A stretch of 64,000 bases of DNA from Octopus sinensis (GCF_006345805.1 NC_043019.1:24489360-24553359); one strand, 5' to 3'; positions 26,725 through 40,278 are shown, counted from the first letter of the stretch. Notes: a model not told the origin generated them from the sequence alone. Numbers and translations: made by a program.

Positions 26725-26800
26725 GAACACACTTGTCAGCGGAATGTTCAGCCACTTACACGCTAATTCAGGTAGTTTAGTTGATCGAACAACTGAAGTG
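26725..26800 (+). mobile_element. Old SINE 3' fragment related to 12307-12693
   Basis: GGAATGTTCAGCCACTTACACGCTAATTC...GTTGATCGAACAACTG resembles the reverse complement of 12345-12410. Confidence 0.5.
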
Positions 26801-27019
26801 ACTATGTACCTGCAGCATAAAAAGGTTGTGTTTCCGGACACTACCAGATGGAGTCAAATGCTTTTTTCTTTAAATTTTCACTGATGGTTTTTGGCATCTT
26901 GTATTTCCATGTTATATCATCAATGTGATATAACTTGTTGCTCAATCGTTCCGAATTGTTGATTCGCTACTTTCTTACATAACATATAAACATTAATTGT
27001 TTATTTTTTATTTTACAGT

Positions 27020-28075
27020 TTTGATAATGCGTGGTGAAAAATTGCAATTAGAGCCGTTTTAAGCTACATGTGGGAAAAAAGGCCTGACTACAAGGGCAGC
27101 AGCAAAAAAAAATTAGTGATGTAAAAGGCCCAGGTACTGTCAACGAACCTGTGGTACAAAACTGGTTCAAACGTTTCAAGGAAGGGGACAACCAGTGTCG
27201 AAGACAAACCAAGGTCATACAGACCTTCTGTTGTAGACGTTGAGACCTTGCTTGAAATATTTGAACAAAAGCTAAGCACAACCACTCGTAGATTGTCGGC
27301 AGAACTTGATCCTTCATAAATTACCATCAATCGACATCTGCATAAGCTCGGCCGTATGAACAGACGCCGTCGAGAAGCTCCTCATAAACTAACCAATAAC
27401 CAGGTTCAACGACGTGTGAATTTACATACAGTTGCTGGCATATCATCGAGATGTCCGTTTTCGGCTTCGAATTGTGACTTAGGATGAAAAACGAATCTAT
27501 TTTCGTAATTCTAATTGAAAATCAGTGGCCTCTGAAGAACCTGTTATCAAACAAGAGCGGTTTGAAAAGAAGGTCATGTTGTGTGTTTGGTGGAATTTTG
27601 AAGGATGTTGCATTTTAAGCTTGTCCTAGGTGCAACGCTAACCTTTATGCCCACAACTTCAGCGAGTATATGTATGATGCTCTGAAAGCCCACTACTCAG
27701 CATTAATGAATCAGAGACGCGCACTCCTAGAGCATAACAATGTCACAGCACGCACTGCTACTGCCAATATCACCAAGCGCAGACTTGGAGTACTTGAGAG
27801 GCTGGAAGTGCTGGTTCACTCTGCCTACAGTCCAGACCTTGCACTATCAGATTTGAGGAGCTGGAAGTGCTGTTTCATCCTGCCCACAGTCCGGACCTTA
27901 CACCATATCTCATTTCCTAGATGGCGAGGTTTGAACGATGTCGGTGAGGTTGAAAACGGGTGCAGGGAGATTTCTGCCTCCACACCAGCCAAATGATATA
28001 AGCGTAGAATTGAGCTTCTCGCACAACAGACAATAGAATATGAGATATATTTTGATTATAATAAACGCATTTTGT
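27020..28075 (+). mobile_element. Decayed mariner transposase
   Basis: WFKRFKEGD HTH end, IVT*DEKRIYF, KVMLCVWWNFEG, EHNNVTAR and HSAYSPDLA motifs; many stops and frameshifts; no clear TIRs identified. Confidence 0.88.
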
Positions 28076-28313
28076 ATATTATTTACTTCGATCTTCAAAA
28101 GCGAAAACTGCTTGGACTCAAATTGGTACGCTGAAGAGTTGCCAATATTGCTTAGGTGCAGTAGTTGGCATAAAAACCGACGTTAACAATATTAGCTGCC
28201 ATACGGCTTGACTATATATAAAACTATATATAACTATATATAAATTTATATAACGTTTCTATTACTTATATTAAATTAGTTTTATTCTGCCTCAGAACTG
28301 ATAATATATATAT

Positions 28314-28401
<88 letters not shown>

Positions 28402-28423
28402 GTATATATATATGTATATCTAT

Positions 28424-28478
<55 letters not shown>

Positions 28479-28486
28479 ATGTATGC

Positions 28487-28522
<36 letters not shown>

Positions 28523-28620
28523 AAGTTCAGCAAAATTTAGATTCAGATGAATATGGTACTTAAGTTAAAGGCAACAGAATTTTGTATGGTATTATCCATA
28601 TAAATCAAATGGGGTGATTA

Positions 28621-28916
28621 TAATCAAAATAAACAACAAGGATATCCAAGGTAGAGTAGTACAATTGTTTCATGCTACTTCATTTTATTAAGCACTGTAA
28701 GTATTACATCAGTTTTAAAATGTCGAGCAATCTTCAATTTTCCAATTAAACGGATAATGCGCAAGAATGTGCATTGTCCGTTTAATTGGAAAATTCTATG
28801 TGGCTGAAGATTGCTCGACATTTTAAAACTGATGTAATACTTACAGTGCTTAATAAAATGAAGTAGCATGAAACAATTGTACTACTCTAGCTTGGATATC
28901 CTTGTTGCTTATTTTG

Positions 28917-28920
<4 letters not shown>
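28621..28920. repeat. 300-bp foldback palindrome (MITE-like)
   Basis: Outer arms 28621-28736 / 28805-28920 match 114/116; an inner 28-bp hairpin lies at 28736-28795; ends begin and finish with TA. Confidence 0.92.
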
Positions 28921-28963
<43 letters not shown>

Positions 28964-28998
28964 TATCAGTTATGAGGCAGAATAAATCAAATTTAACG

Positions 28999-29039
<41 letters not shown>

Positions 29040-29379
29040 TATACACACACATAAATGTACATGCCTGCATATATATGTATGTATACATGCATATATGGGT
29101 ACAGGACGTCAAAAAACATGAACAAAATGAGAAACGAGAACATAAAAATCAAAACAGCTACACATAAGCGCAAAAATGTATAGCTACATCAACACACATG
29201 TGTATAAATAGGAAGCTAAATATAATTATATATAGACGGTCAAGTAGTGTATAAGTAGGATCGAACATTTTTTTATGAAAAATCTGAAATAATTCAAAAT
29301 AGTAGTTTGATTAGAGTAATCTCTCTTCGGAACACCGCTAGCCTACGTGGCTCTGATTACAAACAGTCTTGGTGATGAC

Positions 29380-30700
29380 GTCAATCACATGGACAATAAG
29401 ATTTGAATATTGTAGAATTAAAGAGTTTGGTGCATCCAAATTTCGTAGCAACATATTGTCTGCTACTTGTAGCAGTAGCTTGCGAAGTGTACAAGATCAG
29501 CTGAAGTGAACTGAGAAACTCTTTTGAGTATTTTGAAGCTTCGGTATCATCAGCAAACATTGTGTGGAGTGACATATATGTTGTCTACCTTATGCAAATG
29601 ACCATTGCTTAACTTAAGTAAAAGTTTTACAAACCGGGTTTCTGAGACACCCTATGAAGTATAATAATTATTTTGGTGGGAAGATTAAATTTTCCTTACA
29701 ATCCCCAAATACAGATTTCCTTTTGTGAAAGCTATCGACTTATCAGATGCACCCTTTGGAATGACTATTAGGGTGTGTCTGAAATTTTCAACGTGCAGGA
29801 ATATGACTCCGCCAATGATATCAGTATTATTTCTACGGTCTTGTAAGGTGCAATCGAAAGCCTCAAATGTAAGTCTTGGAGACACTAAGCACTTATACCT
29901 TTATCTTGATCTTCTTATCCAGATCATTTACCAGTTTTACATTCAGAACTGTCAATATGTGCAAGGTCGTATGGCAGCTTAAAACCAGAGTGAGCAGTCC
30001 TGCAACTTGCGAGCAAATTTGAAGCAATTCCAGATGATTCACTGCAATAGCGATCTGCTTGAATGAACAATTTTTTGCCGAAATTAGGTTGATCACAAAT
30101 GCAAAAAGGTTGCGTGTTTGATCAGAAGTATAAAAGAACACTGAAGGAACATTCCTCTCAAATCAGAAATCACCAATTGTCCTCTTTTTTTTCGTTTTTG
30201 AAGGGGTTGGTTCTTATATAGTACCATGAATAATGAATACTGGAGGACACACTGCCTCAGTTGCTGAGTATCATAGTTGGTTTGCCGGATGATTCTTCCA
30301 GCTTAGAGTTGCAGCTACAGCTAAAACTGTTAGCGTCCACACTGTACAAATCACTGGTGACCATCGACTGTACAGAAATTTCAATGAGAATCAATGTGTG
30401 GTTATGCTTGGCATAAGTAAACTCTTGTTGTAGGTTTTCTTTTCCTCTACTTGATAAAGTATATTTTCTGTCATGATTGCATTCGCGCCAAAGTTGTATT
30501 GGAGGCTAAATTAACACAGAAAATATAAAAAAGATTCTCATCATGATTGGTGAATATGAGACTGCAGCCTCTTCAAATGTACTATTCCAATGTGCTTCGT
30601 CTTCAGTAAAGCACCTTTTCTTGCAAGCTTTGTGATATGTTGCACAGACATATTAAACAACTGTTTAGGCGAGATGAAGTTATACTAGACTGTCGTGCAG
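29380..30700 (-). pseudogene. Decayed Helitron Rep/PIF1-helicase coding remnant
   Basis: Pieces translate to EDEAHWNSTFEEAA, FVINLISAK..KQIAIAV, FEAFDCTLQDRRNN..IGGV..FRHTL.VIPKG and EFLSSL, matching Helitron PIF1 motifs; frameshifted. Confidence 0.82.
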
Positions 30701-30944
30701 TAGCTGTGTGAGATTTTAAAATTCATACCTTCCTAAAGTAAGTACGTGGCTTCAGATATAGAGGTTACAAATAAGATGAAAGATTATTTACCATACAAGT
30801 TTCTATATATCAATATCCAATGATGCGTTCATAAAATGTTCTCCCAGTATCTCTGACAATACCAGGAGACACTTCTATGTTACTCAAACACACAGTTCTA
30901 TGTTACTTAAACACAGTCTACAATGGAGCGCTCTCGCTGTTAAT

Positions 30945-31142
30945 ACTGATTTCAAATTTGATCACAAGGCCAGTATTTTCGGGGAAGAGTGTAAATCACT
31001 TACCTCGATCCCACTAATACTCCTTTTATCGAACCCGAAAGGCAGAGTCGGCCTCGGCAGAATTTGAACTCAACGTAAAGACAGGGGAAATACCACTAAG
31101 CATTTTGCCCAGCGTGCTAATCAATCTGCCAGCTCGCCGCCT
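30945..31142 (-). mobile_element. SINE family A, older copy with different tail
   Basis: CCTCGGCAGAATTTGAACTC...CAGCTCGCCGCC head shared with 18893-19125. Confidence 0.8.
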
Positions 31143-31537
31143 TGTTCTTGCTATTGATATTCGTCATTTAAATAAACTTCAGGTTAATACATGCTTCCAA
31201 ATACTATGTAACATAGGGAATAAATCATTATTGCATTGTTTCACTTTAAATTTATTCATATTATCAAATTATTCTATTAATATTCTTTGAATTCTGAAAT
31301 AATTTCAAAAATATTTTAAAAAACTTATTGATCTGATATTCAGAGAATATGACCTAAATATTTCAGAAACAAATATAAACAAATAAATTCGAGACATTGT
31401 TTACAATTATTCATGGTATTTGAAACCGCTTACTGCCTTTTCAGACATGATTTTTAAATGCAATATTTATTTACACAAGCTTTCCATTTACCCACCCACA
31501 CACATACACAATATCTATGTGTGTGTGCGCGCCGTGT

Positions 31538-31606
<69 letters not shown>

Positions 31607-32609
31607 CGTACTTATGTATACAATAAAAAGAAGAGAGAAACACAGAGACAGATATTAAAGAGAGAGGGTAGAGAAAGAGAAGCAGAATTTGACATGACAA
31701 GCTTATTTTGTTGCAATCCCCACCAGAAACGCGACTCCTCCACTAGTAATCCCTTACAACTTACAGTCTCACAGTATCTCTTTACTTGACTCATCCCTAT
31801 TTTAGCACGAGGTGACATCGAATCATCCAGATTGTTTTGCTTTTGATCAAGAGCTATCCAGGATTGCATTTGGATCCTTCAACGACATCTGTTGAAGACA
31901 CGTCTGAATGGCAGTGTTATTTTAAGACAAAAGGAAAAACATATATAAATATATATGTATGTGTGCGAACGTATGAGTGTGTATATGTATATGTATATAT
32001 ATATGTGTGTGTGTGGTGTGTGTGTATACATACACACACTCACACGCTGTATGTATGCATGTATAGTATATGCGTGTATACACATTTTCCATATGCAAAA
32101 TATATAGAATATCATTGTATAGTTTTCTTTCTCTTAAATTAACTCATCAATTTTTGTCTTTCCTTGTCGCTCCATCTTCCTTTCTCTCGCTTCCTCTCTC
32201 GCTCTCGCTCTCTCTCTCATATATACATACATACATACATACCCAAGTGAATAATAACAGACGATGGATAATTGTCAGCTGATTACAGCGCTGTAATGAG
32301 CTGACAGTTATCCATCGCTTGTTATCATTCACTTAATTGTAATACACCATAGGAATTAAGAACATGTTGGACACCCTCGAGTATACCAACAACGTACAAT
32401 CAACATAACGTTTACTCTGGACCAGCCCATAAGCGCTAAATACTCACAGTGTTGGTTTTCTCTGTGTATACAAAACGGAACATCCTATTTCATGAACCAT
32501 AGGTTGTGACCACGAGTTTATCCAATCCTACCTGTTGCATATCTTACCAAGTACCCGATATTTTTTCAGAATCCTATTACATATATACATACATACATGT
32601 ATATATATT

Positions 32610-32654
<45 letters not shown>

Positions 32655-34417
32655 ACACTATATAATATACCACACATGCACACACAGTTCCCTTTGCACT
32701 AGTATCTATACAGATACCCGCCTATATATGCACAAGCCATTTCGCCTGCTCTGTCGTTCTTAACTTCCTTTCTTGAATATCGTTCCCAATTAATCCCTAA
32801 TTCCCTTTCTCAACCACCTCTTCTTCACCTTTCATCTTTGCATTTTACCCACTAACTTTCTCATTTTTAAATTTCTTTCTCATAAAGGGCTAACGTCCGA
32901 AATATGGAGACTCCCTTCTTTTTAGCATTAAATTAATACATTTGTTACAATTTTTCCTAGAATTAAAGATGTTCTGATTTTCGAGCTGGCAATGCCTTGG
33001 AAAAGAAAGTGTATCTGCGCGCGAATCACAAGCATGTCAATGTAGTAAGCCTCCGGCAGAGGTGGCATGTTATTGCCTCTTGACTAGATTTTCTGTATCC
33101 CACATAGTTGCAATGAAACTTAGGAAACATAGCAAACTTTTCAAACAAAGTTAGGAAAGGCACTTTCTCTCTATGATTCACAAACAACCGTCATATTCAG
33201 GTTGAAACGTTTTCTTCTGCCCTCTCCGGCGCATATAAAAATGAGAAAAAGTTTGATCATAGATCGTTTGCTCAATTATTTGTGGAAAGAGGACTTCATC
33301 CGAGAGAGTAGAATTAATCTTCAATGAATAGAGGTATAAAACATTTTCTTGCGAGCTAGATTGGACAGAGTTGTAGCCAGCCTGGTCTGATGAGAGCATG
33401 GAAGACCATCCAGGATGCGTGCTACAGTGAAAGTTCAAACCACTGAAACATTCCCTGGTTGCATCAAAGATGCTTGGTACTGAGGGAAGGAGCTTCTCTG
33501 ACTCAAGATGCTGCTATCGTTGAGAACTCTGGTCCTATATGTATGTATGTAGTTGATCTAATCACAAACCCAAGGCATCCTACTTCTTCTGGAAGTATCG
33601 AACACGTGCATACACTTCCCAAAGTCCGTCATATTTCATCTGCCTCGTGTCCACATCCAATACCGTTTGCTTGGTCAGTATTGTGCTTTTTACCGCGTTA
33701 ATTTCCAGGCTGGTCACGGCCATCTAACAGTCTTATTCCCCACTACATTTTATTCTTACTAACATTCTTGTCTGGATTGCACAAATAATGGGGCCCGCCG
33801 AATCCTGTAATATCATATGACAGTGCTCTTGATGTTAGAGATAGCAGGAGTTTTTGCGGTAATTCTATGCAGTCCAAACTTTGCAAAGCGTAACGGAAGC
33901 CACTCTCGGAAGAACCTGCTAACACGCCTTTTTGTCATCTTTAATATTATTAATTATATTTCATACACATAGAGAAAGAGTAACAATCTCGTCAAAACGC
34001 TACGTGCGCGACATCAGAACTTGCTACTGACAGTTTTGTCAAGGCTCTTAGCTGCCTATATTATATGAAATTTTGTCACCTAGGAAATATAGTCGCAGTC
34101 TAAATGCAAAACACTCTTCACAAGTGTTAAGATAAAGAAACAGCAAGCAAGGGAAATAATGCCTACATCATGAGGTGATCAAAATTTTGGGAAAAAATGA
34201 GACACTACCTATATGAAAAGACTTAGCTTCTGTAGCCAACTTGTAAAACCAATGGACATGCTTTGATTTTGTTAGCTCACTTCAAATATTACCTTGTGGT
34301 TGGCTTGAGAGAGATTCGTCAATATATTAAAAGAGAGTGATAGAGAGAGAGGGGAGAAGAAAGAAAGGGTGACAGCGAGAGAACGAGAGAGAAAGTACGT
34401 ACAGTGGCTATTTACAT

Positions 34418-34459
<42 letters not shown>

Positions 34460-34462
<3 letters not shown>

Positions 34463-34660
34463 AGAAGTACTTGCATAGCAAGTGTGTTGAAACGAACACA
34501 ATTGCAGCGTGGAATGTGTTTATAAGCCATTTAAGAAACACACAAAATCCGTTAGATTCACTTCAACATTTAACTTTAATTACATTTAAATATTGAAGTG
34601 AATCTAACGGATTTTGTGTGTTTCTTAAATGGCTTATAAACACCTTCTACGCTGCAATTG
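34460..34660. repeat. 162-bp palindrome with unique ~40-bp left extension
   Basis: Arms 34499-34573 / 34586-34660 match 72/75 with a 12-nt spacer; flanked by (TA)n. Confidence 0.9.
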
Positions 34661-34675
34661 TTGTTGTGTTGTATA

Positions 34676-34742
<67 letters not shown>

Positions 34743-34758
34743 TATATATATACATATC

Positions 34759-34816
<58 letters not shown>

Positions 34817-34854
34817 TATTATATATATTTATATATATAATATATATATATATT

Positions 34855-34894
<40 letters not shown>

Positions 34895-34914
34895 TATATA
34901 TACACATATGATAT

Positions 34915-34951
<37 letters not shown>

Positions 34952-35209
34952 GAATGATAGATAGATAGATAGATAGATAGATAGGTAGGTAGACAGTCAG
35001 ACAGACAGAAAGATGGATGGATGGACGGACAGACAGACATATAGCTAGACAGATATGTATGTATGTGTATATATGTATGTATGGATGGATGGAGGGATGT
35101 ATGCGACAGGCCTTAACAGCCAAGAGTGGAAGATATTCGCAATGAGACACACCTCGAAGGGTTTCAGAAGCGTAGTTGTCACCACATAGTAATTTCTGCG
35201 AATATATAT

Positions 35210-35310
35210 ATCACCGTGATCACCGTGACCGACCAGGCTATCAGATGTTGTTACACATCGCTGGTCACAATGCGTTTCGCATTGTTTTAGCCTTCAAATG
35301 ATGCCACCTG
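35210..35310. mobile_element. Repeat fragment, probably a SINE 3' part, between (TA)n tracts
   Basis: GC-richer island ATCACCGTGACCGACCAGGCTATCAGATG...; family resemblance is from memory only. Confidence 0.4.
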
Positions 35311-35311
35311 C

Positions 35312-35360
<49 letters not shown>

Positions 35361-35888
35361 GAGTGTGAGAGAGAGAGAGAGAGAGAGATGCAATGAGTGT
35401 ATAAGTACAAACGCACACATTTATCTATGTATGTATTTATTTATTTGTGTGTAAATTGTGTGTGTATACTTTTGAGTATTATTTATTGTCTACAAGTAGA
35501 CATGATACCCATATCAGACTAATGATCAGCATGTTTGTTGAAATTGTCAGCCCCGATGAAAGCGTCGTTGCTATTTAGCATCAAGGTGCTCTGCAAAGCT
35601 CCTTCGGAATGTAGGTCCTTCTCTTCAAGAGTCAATTCAGAGTGTGAAATATATATGCCTCTCTCCTATTTTATATTATTTAATAGTCACACTTATATAA
35701 TATCTCATTGTATAATATATGCATATGTTAAAGCTAAATATACTATATATTAAATAACTACATATTATAGTAAATTTACTGTAAATTATGTATAAATAAA
35801 TTATATTCTTATTATGGACTATAATTGAATATACGTGGAATTATTTGTGTATGCGTATGTGTGTTATGTATGTTGTGTGTGTTGTATG

Positions 35889-35988
<100 letters not shown>

Positions 35989-36149
35989 AACATATATACA
36001 GCTGTGTGTTTTTGTATATATAAAACGTAATCTAATAATCTAATGATGCTATCAACAGGAATGTGTCTTCATGTATACAGATATAAGCTAGTGCATATAC
36101 ATATATTTAAATACAAAATGGAACAAGAAAGCAAAACATCCAAATAGAC

Positions 36150-36270
36150 GATACCAAAAACACGCGCCGGTCATTCGAAGCCTTTAATCTTCAGTCAAGA
36201 ACCGGATCATCCATGCAATTTCGGCTGATTAATCATGAGATTGCTCCAAGGAAAAACTAAGCTAAGAGTA
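36150..36270 (-). repeat. Short repeat fragment containing all three hammerhead junction motifs in non-standard order
   Basis: GCAAU-C-UCAUGA / AGCC-GAA-AUUGC / UCUUGA-CUGAAGA-uuaaa-GGCU on the minus strand. Confidence 0.4.
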
Positions 36271-36327
36271 TATATATATATGAATACTTTCAGAAAAATT
36301 AGGTAGATAAATAGATAGAAAGACAGA

Positions 36328-36437
<110 letters not shown>

Positions 36438-36801
36438 TTTATATGACACACACGAATAGAGATATACGAGACAGAGATAGATGTGCATGAATAGGTATTT
36501 TTTATGACATGTGTGTGTGTGTTTATTTATATACTTCAAAATAGACCATATATTTCCATGTATATACATATCTATATCAATATCTTTACAGCTATCTAGA
36601 TACACATACACGTACACACACACACATACACACACCAAGTAAGATATATACGTTCATATAATGTGTACCCGCGCGTAGGAGAGTTGCATACGTCGGTGTG
36701 TGTGTGTGTCTGTGTGTGATTGTGTATGTGTATGTATATATACGTATATATGCAGATATATATATATATCTTAGATATTATATATATATATATATATATA
36801 C

Positions 36802-36853
<52 letters not shown>

Positions 36854-36859
36854 TACATA

Positions 36860-36890
<31 letters not shown>

Positions 36891-36931
36891 TATATACATA
36901 TATATATATATACATATATATATATACATAC

Positions 36932-36967
<36 letters not shown>

Positions 36968-36986
36968 GCATATCTACGTGTAATAT

Positions 36987-37019
<33 letters not shown>

Positions 37020-37192
37020 TACACGTATATATATATGAGAAAGTAAGTCGTCAGAATTTGGGGAAAAAATCTTTTTATTTCTTTATATTATTAGCGATTC
37101 GTTTTGTTACTCGAAATAAAATTTTGTGAATGTAGTGAAGTACAAGCAAGTATATATATATATGAGTAACATTTGGGATGTTCTAGATTGCT

Positions 37193-37234
<42 letters not shown>

Positions 37235-37299
37235 AATATATATATATATAATTTTATTTTATTTATTTATTATCATATTTAATTTGTAAATATTATACT

Positions 37300-37800
37300 A
37301 ATGTGTACAGTTGTGGAAATTAGATGCCCAGCGGATGTTAACATAAAACTGAAGATCAGTGAAAAAGAGAACACCTATGCTGAACTATTGAGAAATCTGC
37401 AGTTACTCTATCCAGATTACAAGTTCAGGTTAATATCTGTAATTATTGGGGGCCCTGGGATATGTAACACACTGCCTAAATACTAATCTTGAGAAATTAG
37501 GCTTCTCAAAATCAAAAAGGAGAAAGCTAATTCGACAACTACAGATCTAATCCATCACTGGAACAGTAAAAATCTATAAAACTTTCCAGTTTATCATTTA
37601 AATATACAGGAGCATGTCTAGATATGTAACTATGCATGAGAAAACATACATTAAACATACAAATATGCACATACATACTTGCATACATACAAACAAAACC
37701 ACCCTGTTGTTGATGTTGAAATTCCAATGAAGGAACCTTGAATCTAGGTTAGAATCTGGTGCTTTCTCTATAGGCAAGAAATCTTGAAATAAACCGAATA
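37300..37800 (+). mobile_element. REL-endonuclease non-LTR retrotransposon 3' end with 3' UTR
   Basis: CTVVEIRCPADVNIKLKISEKENTYAELLRNLQLLYPDYKFRLISVIIG, then (frameshift) LGYVTHCLNTNLEKLGF; ends in an (ATAC)n tract. Confidence 0.8.
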
Positions 37801-37822
37801 GTGACATACATACATGCATGCC

Positions 37823-37856
<34 letters not shown>

Positions 37857-37898
37857 CATAAATAAATACATACATACATACATACATACATACATACA

Positions 37899-37931
<33 letters not shown>

Positions 37932-38471
37932 TCACCCTATATCTTTGACAAGATTTCTTCGTAGAAACACTGCAGCGCCCGTCCATGCAAACACTCGTCA
38001 ACATTCCAGTATTGATGTCCAAGGGGAAAATAACCAATATATGTTGCCAGCCGTGCCACTGCTGGTATCTCGTTCAGAGACGACGAACCGCTACAGATGC
38101 AGAACGTTCTTATATTATCCTGTTTGGAGTCTTTCTTTATCATCCCATCCCAGAAGTGACGAAACCCAAGTTTGACATCGATTGATTCTGAACTTAGAGG
38201 GAGCGCCGAGAACCGGAAGAAATACAGCGACACATTATAAGCATATGTATATATATTCAAGCGTGTGTGTGTATGTGTGCGTGTTTGTGTGTGTGACCAT
38301 GCGTGCGTGTGCGTTTGTGTGTGTGTGTGTACAGGTATATATATACGTGTATATATATTTACTACACGTTTTTTAATTATATATATATATATTATATATA
38401 TATATATATACAAGCATGTATACATACATAATACATACATACATACATACATACATACATACATACATACA

Positions 38472-38502
<31 letters not shown>

Positions 38503-39172
38503 GTACATACATACTCATGATCATGATCGTTCTTTCGTGACCAAGCAAGACCATCACTGACCATTAAACAGCAATGCCTGTCCAAAATGTCAGCAAATCT
38601 TTTGCAAAATTTTAGGTCCAGTCAATCTAGCACGATACTTCACAGATCCTCTCCAAACTAGTTACTCCATCCAGAGACAAGCCAAAGCAAGAAAACCAGT
38701 GTCAATATGGGCCGCTGGGAGCGCCATGATCTCTGCATATCCGGTTGTGTGTAAGAGTGGCCTCCTAGAGAGATGCTTTAACAAGAACTCAGGGGCGCCC
38801 CATTCCAGTGTTCATCCACAACGACGGACACCAACCCGGAATTCCTGAGTGCCTGTGCTTTCAACCTACACTAGATTCATCTGTCCTTTCGACAACTTTT
38901 GTTCTTAAATATGCTGAGTTTCTAGCAGCCCTCTTCAGCAAACTAGCCTAGTTTTAATTGCCCATGACCCGACCATGCAACAGGTTGCACTAGGTTCTAT
39001 GTTATCAGTAGCACTCATGAGACACCTCACAAGTGAATTGACTCCATATATATATCGAGACATACATACATACATAAATACATATATACATATACACACA
39101 ACACACACGCACACACGCATAGAAACAAACACACACATATATATGTATCTCTTTTCTCCCTCTCTCTCTATC

Positions 39173-39205
<33 letters not shown>

Positions 39206-39254
39206 ATATAGATATATATATATATATATATATTATATATGCGTGTGTGTGTTT

Positions 39255-39472
39255 GGGTGTCTGTGTTTGTACCCCTAGCATTGCTTGACAACCGATGCTG
39301 GTGTGTTTACGTCCCCGTCACTTAGCGGTTCGGCAAAAGAGATCGATAGAATAAGTACTGGGCTTACAAAGAATAAGTCCCGGGGTCGATTTGCTCGACT
39401 AAAGGCGATGCTCCAGCATGGCCGCAGTCAAATGACTGAAACAAGTAAAAGAGTAAAAGAGAGTAAAAGAGA
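39255..39472 (+). mobile_element. SINE family B, tail half only
   Basis: Near-consensus match to the tails at 2031, 8812 and 41946; ends in repeated GTAAAAGA. Confidence 0.85.
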
Positions 39473-39804
39473 TATATATTTCGAGTCTCTTACAATTTAG
39501 TGTTGGTAATTGAGAATCAATGGTTATACTTAAAGATTTGTGTGGTTGATATTAGTAAGCCATACTAAGTTTTTATTTATTAATGAGAAGATAATCTCCT
39601 TTATCTACAGACAATTACAGACACATACACCTACATTTATACATCAGCGTTGGATTAAGCACCACAGAAATAGTAAATCGCTTGCATCACAAAAGAGTCA
39701 GTTTCAAACTCCGAGAAAACATACTTGAAATTGTTCATATCGTCAGAAATAAAATTTTGAATTGTTCATAGTATCCATAGTAAGAATCTCATCAAAGGCT
39801 TTAC

Positions 39805-39808
<4 letters not shown>

Positions 39809-39838
<30 letters not shown>
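39809..39838 (+). repeat. 30-nt poly(A) run
   Basis: Directly visible. Confidence 0.95.
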
Positions 39839-39839
<1 letters not shown>

Positions 39840-40015
39840 CCACGTTGAGAAAAGTTTTCAAATATAAATAAAGTGGAAGTATGCAAAAATGAAACAGTAT
39901 TTTCCATTATTCTGTAAGTTTTAAAGATTATTATTGTTTATAGCTTCAGTTACATACATATGGGGCACAAAAATCTACTAAATGCTTTGACCCTCAATAC
40001 GCCTTAATCCGACCG

Positions 40016-40057
<42 letters not shown>

Positions 40058-40149
40058 ATATATATATATATATACATAATATATATATATATTACAATAT
40101 ATATATATATCTATGTTTGTGTATGTATGTATAAATATATATTTATATA

Positions 40150-40195
<46 letters not shown>

Positions 40196-40228
40196 GTGAG
40201 ATGTATAAATTTATTATTAATGGTATAT

Positions 40229-40278
<50 letters not shown>

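Noticed and set aside
32448-32461. Candidate 12- or 14-nt minus-strand microexon
   Set aside because: Weaker acceptor and ambiguous AG; introduces a stop in one of the two joined frames.
33370-33450. CTGATGA...GAAA spacing suggesting a hammerhead (similar hits at ~14730, ~16300, ~49960, ~56370)
   Set aside because: Helices do not close at the required junctions; these are incidental heptamers.
33140-33750. GC-richer segment possibly from an old LINE (likewise 38570-38945 and 56560-56900)
   Set aside because: No motif could be read with enough confidence to name a family.
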